Assembly: GCF_004102945.1 (NCBI RefSeq)
Contig: NZ_CP019384.1
Span: 990,001 to 1,022,000, forward strand
Direction of reading: 5' to 3'
Source of the DNA: Candidatus Velamenicoccus archaeovorus
GTDB taxonomy: Bacteria > Omnitrophota > Gorgyraeia > Velamenicoccales > Velamenicoccaceae
Length of the DNA: 32,000 nt
The notes below the pieces were generated by a model, which was given only the letters and a program-made list of their open reading frames with translations, did no database searches and was not told where the DNA came from. Positions 8,412-14,698 of the stretch are shown in pieces. How positions within the stretch are numbered: the first letter of the stretch is position 1; the number at the start of each line of letters is the position of its first letter. A program made the position numbers and the translations under genes.

Positions 8412-9830
8412 CTAATAAGACACCACAGGGAAAATAACCGTGTGCACGATATACGGGAAAAACAAGCCGATGCCTACGATCAGAACCGCCAAAATGATCG
8501 CAGGCAATGTCAGGCCGAATCCCGCCTCAACAACGCCTTCAAGACCTTTCTCCAGCGTTCCGAAAAATACACTGCGCTGAAACAAAAGCATATAGGCCAA
8601 GGTCAACAGGCTCGCCATGACCGCAGTGGCAGCCACCCCGTAATGGCCGCACTGCCACAGGGCCAAAACAATAAATAGCTTGCTCCAGAAACCGGCCAAT
8701 GGCGGAACGCCTGAAGCGGACAACGATGCTAAAACAGACGTCGTCCCTGTAACAGGCATCCTTGAAGCCAAGCCCGACATCCGGCTCATGTCCAGAGAAC
8801 CCGTCCGGTCCTCTACGGCCGCAGCATTGACGAAGAGAAGCGATTTAAACACCGTATGGTTGAAAATATGGAAAATGGCGGCAGCGATGCCCAACGGCGT
8901 TCCACAACCGAACCCAAGGAAAATATACCCCACCTGGCTGATGCTGGAATATGCCAAGAGCCTCTTTAAGTCCTTCTGTCCCATGGCCGCCAAGGCCCCG
9001 AAGATAGCTGAAATAAGGCCAATACAGAGAAGGATGCTCTGGAGAGAGGCGCTGAAACCGAAGAGATCGATGACGATGCGCATCGCCGTATAGACGCCTA
9101 AAGTCTTGGTGACGACGCCTGCCAGGAGAATCGAAACAGGAGCCGGCGCAGAGGCATAAGCGTCCGGAAGATAACCGTGAAAAGGCATCACGCCAGCTTT
9201 CATGAACAACCCCGCCAGAAAGATACCCACCGCAAGAGTGATCAAAAAGCTGTGCGGCGACACCCGCAGGGCTTCGCGGATTGCGGCAAAACTCGTATCT
9301 CCGGAGATAAGCAGGATAATCGCGATGGCCGATAGTACAAAAACCGTAGCTACCGAAGAAAAGATGAGGTATTTGAACGCCCCCTCAAGAGGGTCCCTCT
9401 TTTTTTGAAGGGCGATCAGGATAAAAGAGGCTGCGGCAGCAACCTCCCAGAAGACATACATGGAGAAAATGTCCCTCACCATGACTACGCCGTTTAAGCC
9501 CATCAGTTCCAAGATCATGAGCCCCGCGAAATAAAAACGCTTATCTTCTTCTTTGACAAAAGGCGCCGCGACCAAAAGCGCAATAAAAATGACGATTGCA
9601 ATGCACAAAAGCATGATCCGGCTCAAGCCGTCCACGGCCAGCGTGAAGTCAAAGACCGAAGCCAGGCCGTGTAAAGGACGGTTAGCCATGATAGTTGGGC
9701 AGAACACCGCATATATCTGGAAAAAAGACAAGGCCATAACGACGGCGAAAGCCATCCGCCTGCCTTTTAAAGTCAGGAAGTTCATCAGAAGCAAAAACGC
9801 CAAAGGGATGAGGATCAATAAAGAAAGCAT
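8412..9830 (-). CDS. Antiporter-like subunit (NuoN / NuoM / MrpD / MbhH family)
   Basis: About 472 aa from ATG 9830 (2 nt after the upstream TAG). The track's 32-codon extension overlaps the upstream gene. Proton_antipo_M-type core: FWEVAAAASFILI, MKAGVMPFHGYLPDAYASAP, LLAYSSISQVGY, IFHIFNHTVFKSLLF. Confidence 0.88.
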   Translation of the reverse strand: MLSLLILIPLAFLLLMNFLTLKGRRMAFAVVMALSFFQIYAVFCPTIMANRPLHGLASVFDFTLAVDGLSRIMLLCIAIVIFIALLVAAPFVKEEDKRFYFAGLMILELMGLNGVVMVRDIFSMYVFWEVAAAASFILIALQKKRDPLEGAFKYLIFSSVATVFVLSAIAIILLISGDTSFAAIREALRVSPHSFLITLAVGIFLAGLFMKAGVMPFHGYLPDAYASAPAPVSILLAGVVTKTLGVYTAMRIVIDLFGFSASLQSILLCIGLISAIFGALAAMGQKDLKRLLAYSSISQVGYIFLGFGCGTPLGIAAAIFHIFNHTVFKSLLFVNAAAVEDRTGSLDMSRMSGLASRMPVTGTTSVLASLSASGVPPLAGFWSKLFIVLALWQCGHYGVAATAVMASLLTLAYMLLFQRSVFFGTLEKGLEGVVEAGFGLTLPAIILAVLIVGIGLFFPYIVHTVIFPVVSY

Positions 9831-9832
9831 TA

Positions 9833-11674
9833 CTAAAAACTCCTTGTCGACATAAGAAATATGACCAGTATCAAGAGGCCGCCGAGAGACCACCCGAGAT
9901 ACGTCACGTAACTTCCGGAATGCCACCGTTTCAAGGTGCGTGCCAAAACCTGGGCGCAGCCAGGAAATCCTGCGTTATAAATCCAGTCAATCCCCCTGTC
10001 AAGCCGCCACAAGAGATATGAGAAACCTCTCATCATCGCCCTGCCCCATTCATAAGGATCAAAGCATCGCCTTTCCGCCCTATCATAGATCCCCGACAAA
10101 ACAGGGGCGTCGTGGATATAGTCGACAGCCTTCAAGCCGCTGCCCTTCATTTTGGCGCCGAAGACATGGTTGGCAAACGCCATCAAAAGCATGATAATCG
10201 TGACAGCAACAAGCTTTGTGTTGGGCATCAAGAAAGAGAAATCCTGTCCCTCGAGATGGTTCTCGACCGCCGGCTGGACCAACTGCCCGATGGGAAAAGA
10301 ACGATGCAGGCCGAAAAAGACGCATCCTGCGGCGATAACAATCATAGGTATGAGCATAAAAACAGGCGCTTCTTTGGCCGTCTGGGTCGTCTCGCTCCTG
10401 GGGCCTAGGTAAGCGGCATGACCCAGCTTCAGAAAAGAAGCCGCCGTCAAAAAGGAGCCTAAAATAGCCGCCAGATAAAAAACCAGCCCCCTCTCCAGGG
10501 CACCGTCATAAACGAGTTCTTTGGAAAAGAAACCGTTGAACGGCGGCACGCCCGAGATGGCCGCGGCTGCGACAAAAAAACACAGGAATGTGACAGGCAT
10601 TTTTCCGGCCAATCCTCCAAGACGCTCCAGGTCCGTCGTCCCCGATTGGCGCTCTACGGCCCCGGATGTCAAAAAGAGGCAAGACTTATACATGGCGTGG
10701 TTGATCATATGGAACAGGCCGCCGACAATACCGATAGGCACGGCCGTGCCTATCCCCAGGATCATATATCCCACTTGGCTGATGGCATGATACGAAAGCA
10801 GTTTTTTGTAATTTTTTTGGACCAAGGCCATCATGACAGCCAACAGGATGGTCACGGAACCGATGATCATCAACGCCATGCTCAGGCCGGATTCCGGAAC
10901 AAGCCTGAAAAGATCGAGGCAGATCCTCGCCAAAAGATAAATACCCAAAAGTTTTTCAAGGGCGGCCGGCAAAAACGCCATGAACGGCAGCGGCGCATCA
11001 AGGCTGGCATCCGGTATCCAGGTGTGGAACGGCATGGATCCGGCCTTGGAGATCGCGCCGATCATCATCAGGACAAAAGCCAGGCTGCCCAAGCCTCCCA
11101 GCGGAACCTGGATCTTTGAGATCGCAAAGGTCCCGCTCAAGTGCCCGACCAAAGCGATGCCGACCATCATACAAAGATCTGCAACTCCAACGATCACCAG
11201 GGCCTTGACCCCCGTCTTAAACGCTGTCGGACCCCCTATGGCAATAAGACCAAAGACGGTCAGAAGCAGCCCCTCCCAGAAAAAGAGCAAGATAATCAGA
11301 TTGTCCGAAAGGACGGCACCATTCACAAGGCTCAGCGAAAAAAGGAAAAAAGTAAAGAATAGGCGGCTCTTTTCTTTTGCGAACGTGAAAACGCATGAAT
11401 AAATGGCAATGAGAAAAGCAAACCCGCCGGCGGCCGTCAGGATAAAAGCGCTGAAACGATAAAACCTCAGAGAAAAATCAATACCGTATGCCCCCCAGGG
11501 ACAGAAAAATGTCACCTCTTGGGGGAAAAGCCGCAGGCACAAAACAAGGTCGGCAGCCGTCACCGCAAGGACCAGCGCTTGTTTAAGGAACCTCGTCCTT
11601 TGAGGCGCCAGCATCACCACACAGCCGGCAAGAAAAGGCCCCAGGACAAGCAACGGCAGGGATAAATTCATCAT
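9833..11674 (-). CDS. NuoL-like antiporter-like subunit with C-terminal lateral-helix segment
   Basis: 613 aa. Core motifs FWEGLLLTVF, SKAGSMPFHTWIPDA, LLSYHAISQVGYM, LFHMINHAMYKSCLFL. The C-terminus FDPYEWGRAMMRGFSYLLWRLDRGIDWIYNAGF...LKRWHSGSYVTYLGWSLGGLLILVIFLM resembles the NuoL/Nqo12 HL helix plus terminal TM anchor. ATGA overlap with the upstream gene. Confidence 0.88.
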   Translation of the reverse strand: MMNLSLPLLVLGPFLAGCVVMLAPQRTRFLKQALVLAVTAADLVLCLRLFPQEVTFFCPWGAYGIDFSLRFYRFSAFILTAAGGFAFLIAIYSCVFTFAKEKSRLFFTFFLFSLSLVNGAVLSDNLIILLFFWEGLLLTVFGLIAIGGPTAFKTGVKALVIVGVADLCMMVGIALVGHLSGTFAISKIQVPLGGLGSLAFVLMMIGAISKAGSMPFHTWIPDASLDAPLPFMAFLPAALEKLLGIYLLARICLDLFRLVPESGLSMALMIIGSVTILLAVMMALVQKNYKKLLSYHAISQVGYMILGIGTAVPIGIVGGLFHMINHAMYKSCLFLTSGAVERQSGTTDLERLGGLAGKMPVTFLCFFVAAAAISGVPPFNGFFSKELVYDGALERGLVFYLAAILGSFLTAASFLKLGHAAYLGPRSETTQTAKEAPVFMLIPMIVIAAGCVFFGLHRSFPIGQLVQPAVENHLEGQDFSFLMPNTKLVAVTIIMLLMAFANHVFGAKMKGSGLKAVDYIHDAPVLSGIYDRAERRCFDPYEWGRAMMRGFSYLLWRLDRGIDWIYNAGFPGCAQVLARTLKRWHSGSYVTYLGWSLGGLLILVIFLMSTRSF

Positions 11675-13113
11675 GGTATCACCCGGATCATCTGTGTTGT
11701 CGCCTGCTGGACCATGTCAAGCGGATAGCGTACCCATATCCCGGCCGCCAGCGACAGGAACGCCAAGACAAGAACACAAGCCACCATGACAGGCGTCCCT
11801 TCCCTGGCAGCGATCTTTGTCTCGCCGAAAAATACGACGGTAAAAACGCGCAAAAGATAAAGGATCGTCATCAGGGCAGCAAAAAGAAAAACGAAACCGA
11901 GCCCCATCTGGCCGCCCTGAACGCACCCCAGGAAAATCAGGAATTTGCTGAAGAACCCGCCGAACGGCGGCAGACCCATGACAGAAGCGGCGCAGAACAA
12001 AAATGCCGTGCCGGTCAACGGCATCGTCGAAAACAACCCGCCAAGCCGGCTAATGTCCTTGGTCTTTGTCCCCTGCTCAATGATGCCTGCACACAAAAAG
12101 AGGCCGGCCTTGGCCATGCCGTGCATGAGGATGTAAAGCAGGCCTCCGGCGATAGCGATCTCGACGCCCAGGCTCAATCCGAAAAAGATAAAACCGATCT
12201 GGCTGACCGTTGAATAAGCGATGATCCTCTTTAAATCCGTCTCTCTCAAAGCTGCGCCCGCCGAAACAATGCTGCTGACGGCAGCCACCCATGGCAAGAT
12301 CACATGCCAGACCGCCCCGATGGGAAAAGTGGCTATAAACAACCTGGCAAAGACATAGACGCCGATCTTGACAAGGACGGCCGCATGCAGAAGGGCTGTC
12401 ACCGGCGACGGTGCCACGCCGGCATCCGCCAGCCATGTATGAAAAGGTAATGTCGCCGATTTTGAGAATATCCCGAAGAGGATCAGAATCAAGGCCAAAG
12501 AAGGAAAGGCCTGTGTCTTAAAATACTCCTTAATCACCCCGAGATCAAAAGAACCGGTCTTCTGATACAACATCAAAAAACCGATGAGCATGACCAGGGC
12601 GCCCCCAAACGTCACAAGAAAGGCCTTGTCGGCGCGCTGCACGTCGGTCTTGCCTCTGAAAAAGCCGATCAGACGCCAGCTGACGATGGCGGTCATCTCC
12701 CAGAAGATATAGAGGAAAATAAGATTCGATGAAAAGACAATACCCATCATCGAGCCGAGAAAAAGCACGACCAGCATGTCGTACTCGTTGCGGTTGGCAT
12801 AATGAGAGATGTAATCAAAGGAATAAATAACGATGACAAGGCCCACCAGAAGGGATGCCAGGGCCATGAAAACGGCAAGACCGTCAGCCGTAAAACTGAG
12901 GTCCATGCCAAAAGGCATGGACGCTGAAAAACGGACGACCTGCCCTGAGAAAACAACGGAGGACAATCTGACGGCAGCAAGGAAGGAAAATGCGACAAGG
13001 AGAAACGCCAGGGAATGACGCAGACGCTCATGGATCCGGCCCGCCAAGGGCAAAACAAACGAACCCAAAACAGGCACACCAACAATCAACGCTAAAAGAA
13101 TATCAAATGGCAT
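11671..13113 (-). CDS. Antiporter-like subunit (NuoM / NuoN / MrpD family), first gene of the hydrogenase operon
   Basis: 480 aa from ATG 13113 (SD GAGGG about 12 nt upstream). Motifs FWEMTAIVSW, SKSATLPFHTWLADAGVAPSPV, IIAYSTVSQIGF, LYILMHGMAKAGLFL. The track start at 13218 abuts a terminator T-tract and has no SD, so I reject it. Confidence 0.88.
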   Translation of the reverse strand: MPFDILLALIVGVPVLGSFVLPLAGRIHERLRHSLAFLLVAFSFLAAVRLSSVVFSGQVVRFSASMPFGMDLSFTADGLAVFMALASLLVGLVIVIYSFDYISHYANRNEYDMLVVLFLGSMMGIVFSSNLIFLYIFWEMTAIVSWRLIGFFRGKTDVQRADKAFLVTFGGALVMLIGFLMLYQKTGSFDLGVIKEYFKTQAFPSLALILILFGIFSKSATLPFHTWLADAGVAPSPVTALLHAAVLVKIGVYVFARLFIATFPIGAVWHVILPWVAAVSSIVSAGAALRETDLKRIIAYSTVSQIGFIFFGLSLGVEIAIAGGLLYILMHGMAKAGLFLCAGIIEQGTKTKDISRLGGLFSTMPLTGTAFLFCAASVMGLPPFGGFFSKFLIFLGCVQGGQMGLGFVFLFAALMTILYLLRVFTVVFFGETKIAAREGTPVMVACVLVLAFLSLAAGIWVRYPLDMVQQATTQMIRVIP

Positions 13114-13221
13114 GTGTATCTGAATCCCTCGCGGGAAACCGCAGGGTACCTTGAGGCGTACTGTCTTTTTTGTGAGTACCGCGCCGGCACCGCAACCTTG
13201 CCGGCATTCGGGGGTCATTAA

Positions 13222-13255
13222 ATAAAAAAGCCCAACCTATTTCCAGGTGGGGCTG
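13222..13255 (-). terminator. Terminator-like hairpin plus T6 tract in the leader of the hydrogenase operon
   Basis: Minus strand: GCCCCACCU-GGAAAU-AGGUUGGGC (13253..13230, one internal mismatch), then UUUUUU (13229..13224). It lies about 110 nt upstream of the operon start codon. Confidence 0.55.
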
Positions 13256-13320
13256 CTTCGCCGGACCTTGTTGATATGGGTTTAAAGCTACTGCGCTTTT
13301 ATCAAACTTTCAACGTTATA

Positions 13321-13349
13321 TTTTTACCACATCGTCCGCACAAAATCAA
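13321..13349 (-). promoter_or_regulatory. Candidate sigma-70 promoter upstream of the hydrogenase operon leader
   Basis: Minus strand: TTGATT (13349..13344), 17-nt spacer ending in TGG, TAAAAA (13326..13321). Sequence pattern only. Confidence 0.3.
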
Positions 13350-13412
13350 GAAATTTTTGACCTGCGGCGGAGCTTCATTGCTAAACGGTCGGCCTTATTC
13401 GGCCGACCAGCG

Positions 13413-13433
13413 CCCTTAAGTTCTCGCCTTGCA
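13413..13433. repeat. Repeat R2, copy 2 (cccttaagttctcgccttgca)
   Basis: Matches 13662..13683 (cccttaaagttctcgccttgca) apart from one extra A. Confidence 0.85.
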
Positions 13434-13508
13434 TTGATCCATCCTTCGCTAAGGTTTTGAATAAACCTGTAGTCGTTCAGGATGAATTTTTGCTTCGCAA
13501 AAATTCAA

Positions 13509-13525
13509 TGCCCCCGGCAAGGCTC
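13509..13525. repeat. Repeat R1, copy 2: 17-bp duplicate of the 3' end of tRNA-Arg
   Basis: tgcccccggcaaggctc at 13509..13525 is identical to 13696..13712, which is the discriminator base, 3' acceptor strand, 3' T-stem strand and end of the T-loop of the tRNA. Confidence 0.9.
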
Positions 13526-13635
13526 CGTCCGCCGAAGGCGGACTAGAACTTTCGCTCGGCTTCCGCCTCGCTCTCCATAGGGGCTTTGCCCCTCTGGCGC
13601 TCCCCCGACATATCGTCGGGGTCGCTGTCACCCCT

Positions 13636-13659
13636 AAAACGCGGGGACGGCCTCCCCGC
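13636..13659 (-). terminator. Hairpin with short U-tract downstream of tRNA-Arg
   Basis: Minus strand: GCGGGGA-GGCCG-UCCCCGC (13659..13641) followed by GUUUUA. The U-tract is short, so this is a weak terminator call. Confidence 0.4.
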
Positions 13660-13661
13660 AC

Positions 13662-13683
13662 CCCTTAAAGTTCTCGCCTTGCA
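13662..13683. repeat. Repeat R2, copy 1
   Basis: cccttaaagttctcgccttgca, located 12 nt beyond the tRNA 3' end. See 13413..13433. Confidence 0.85.
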
Positions 13684-13695
13684 GAAAAAGAAAAG

Positions 13696-13769
13696 TGCCC
13701 CCGGCAAGGCTCGAACTTGCCACACCAGGTTTAGGAAACCTGTGCTCTATCCAGATGAGCTACGGGGGC
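13696..13769 (-). tRNA. tRNA-Arg (anticodon CCT)
   Basis: Manual cloverleaf of the reverse complement: GCCCCCG TA GCTC ATCTGGATA GAGC A CAGGT TTCCTAA ACCTG GTGTG GCAAG TTCGAGC CTTGC CGGGGGC A. All stems are Watson-Crick. 74 nt, CCA not encoded. Confidence 0.93.
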
Positions 13770-13993
13770 GAATCAGTTAACAGGACTACGAGTTGACGCG
13801 CGAACAAATCGAATTCGGATTACGGTTACGGTTAAGAAATCCGTATAGTATAGTTCAGTCAGGGCGTTCGTCTAAAAACTAATTTTCTGTCTTTCTATCA
13901 TTTTTCACACGTTACCCAACAACCTTGCCCAAACTGGCAGCGTAACCTTGACCGTTACCTGGCGCCGCCTTGAGTAATCTTCACACACGCTTA

Positions 13994-14512
13994 TTAATAC
14001 TGTATCAATGAATAAACAGGATAATCTTTGAGCTTTTCGCGGCCTTTAAGACCGCAAAGCTCGATCAAAAAGATGATACCGGCGATCCTGGATTTAAGCT
14101 GCCGGGCCATCGAACAAACAGCCGCCGCCGTCCCACCGGTCGCCAAAAGATCGTCGACGATAAGGACCCGCGAGGAGGTCTTCAAGGCATCCTTATGCAT
14201 ATAGAGGGAATCCGTGCCGTACTCGAGGGCATAATCAGCGGAGATCGTCTCCGCCGGCAGCTTGCCTTTTTTGCGCACCGGGATGAAACCGGCCCCTAAT
14301 TTATAGGCCAAGGCCGCGCCGAAAATAAATCCGCGCGATTCCACGGAAACGACATAATCGATCTTTTTGCCTTTGGCGATTTTAGCGAGACCGTCAATGG
14401 CTTTCTTGAATGCAGCCTTGTTCTTCAAGAGCGTCGTGATGTCGTAGAAGAGGATGCCCTGCTTTGGAAAATCCGGAATATGACGGATATATTTTTTTAG
14501 CGAAGTATCCAT
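13994..14512 (-). CDS. apt: Adenine phosphoribosyltransferase
   Basis: 172 aa from ATG 14512 (SD GAGGGG). IPDFPKQGILFYDIT, ESRGFIFGAALAYKLGAGFIPVRKKGKLP and the PRPP motif VLIVDDLLATGGTA. The track's 24-codon extension has no support. Confidence 0.92.
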   Translation of the reverse strand: MDTSLKKYIRHIPDFPKQGILFYDITTLLKNKAAFKKAIDGLAKIAKGKKIDYVVSVESRGFIFGAALAYKLGAGFIPVRKKGKLPAETISADYALEYGTDSLYMHKDALKTSSRVLIVDDLLATGGTAAAVCSMARQLKSRIAGIIFLIELCGLKGREKLKDYPVYSLIQY

Positions 14513-14644
14513 GAGCCCCCCCCCTCTTAAGAAATGAATCACCAATGACCAATGAACAAATCCCAAAAAAGTTCCAATATTCAATCACCAAAAACACAGA
14601 TTGCTTGGTAATTGAGTCTTGGTGATTGGTGATTACGTGGTTAT

Positions 14645-14664
14645 TGCCTGCCGGCCGGCAGGCA
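14645..14664. repeat. Perfect 20-bp palindrome tgcctgccggccggcaggca
   Basis: Self-complementary. It lies 35 nt downstream of the LacI-like gene stop. No adjacent U-tract on either strand, so it is not a canonical intrinsic terminator. Confidence 0.8.
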
Positions 14665-14698
14665 GATATCTTGATGCTTGGTTATTTCTTGAAAAAAG

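Noticed and set aside
3223-13113. Reading the cluster as Mbx/Mbs-type sulfur reductase, an Ehr-type non-hydrogenase, or a true NADH:quinone oxidoreductase
   Set aside because: All four Ni-Fe-ligating cysteines are present in the NuoD-like subunit, along with a C-terminal cleavable tail and a dedicated maturation protease. No NuoE/F/G genes are present.
3223-13113. Calling the cluster a formate hydrogenlyase (Hyc/Hyf) or a CO-dependent Coo hydrogenase
   Set aside because: The window has no formate dehydrogenase, HycB-like, CooS or CooF gene, and NuoC and NuoD are separate rather than fused as in HycE/HyfG. The physiological partner cannot be determined from this window.
13194-13214. Inverted partial match (ccttgccgg) to the tRNA 3'-end repeat within the operon leader
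   Set aside because: The match is only 9 nt, which is expected by chance in a 32-kb window searched on both strands.
13114-13218. 35-codon N-terminal extension of the first antiporter-like subunit (track start 13218)
   Set aside because: That ATG directly follows a terminator T-tract with no SD, and the extension (MTPECRQGCGAGAV...) is not membrane-protein-like. ATG 13113 has a GAGGG SD and begins the first TM helix. For similar reasons I trimmed 5002..5070, 6249..6323, 9831..9926, 4067..4141, 14513..14584, 19225..19284, 28698..28712 and 30456..30560.
13509-13600. A second tRNA or tRNA pseudogene at the duplicated 3' end
   Set aside because: Only the last 17 nt are duplicated. No matching 5' acceptor strand (GCCCCCG), 5' T-stem strand, D-arm or anticodon arm could be found upstream of it.
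13449-13725. Minus-strand ORFs of 70 aa and 60 aa, and a plus-strand 64-aa ORF, in the tRNA-proximal region
   Set aside because: Their translations are low-complexity (R/G/P/A/S-rich) and they have no SD. They overlap the stable hairpins and the tRNA 3'-end repeat, so the region is better explained as non-coding.
13845-13885. tRNA-like fragment on the plus strand (tagttcagtcagggcgttcgtct)
   Set aside because: It superficially resembles a D-loop followed by a T-loop. There is no anticodon arm or acceptor stem, and the stems do not pair.
13380-13993. A genomic island or prophage integrated at tRNA-Arg
   Set aside because: There is no integrase, excisionase, transposase or phage-like gene anywhere in the window. 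The repeats enclose only ~170 bp. I report it as a possible scar, not as a mobile element.
14645-14664. Calling the 20-bp palindrome an intrinsic terminator for the LacI-like gene
   Set aside because: There is no U-tract on either strand. I keep it as a palindrome or possible protein-binding site only.
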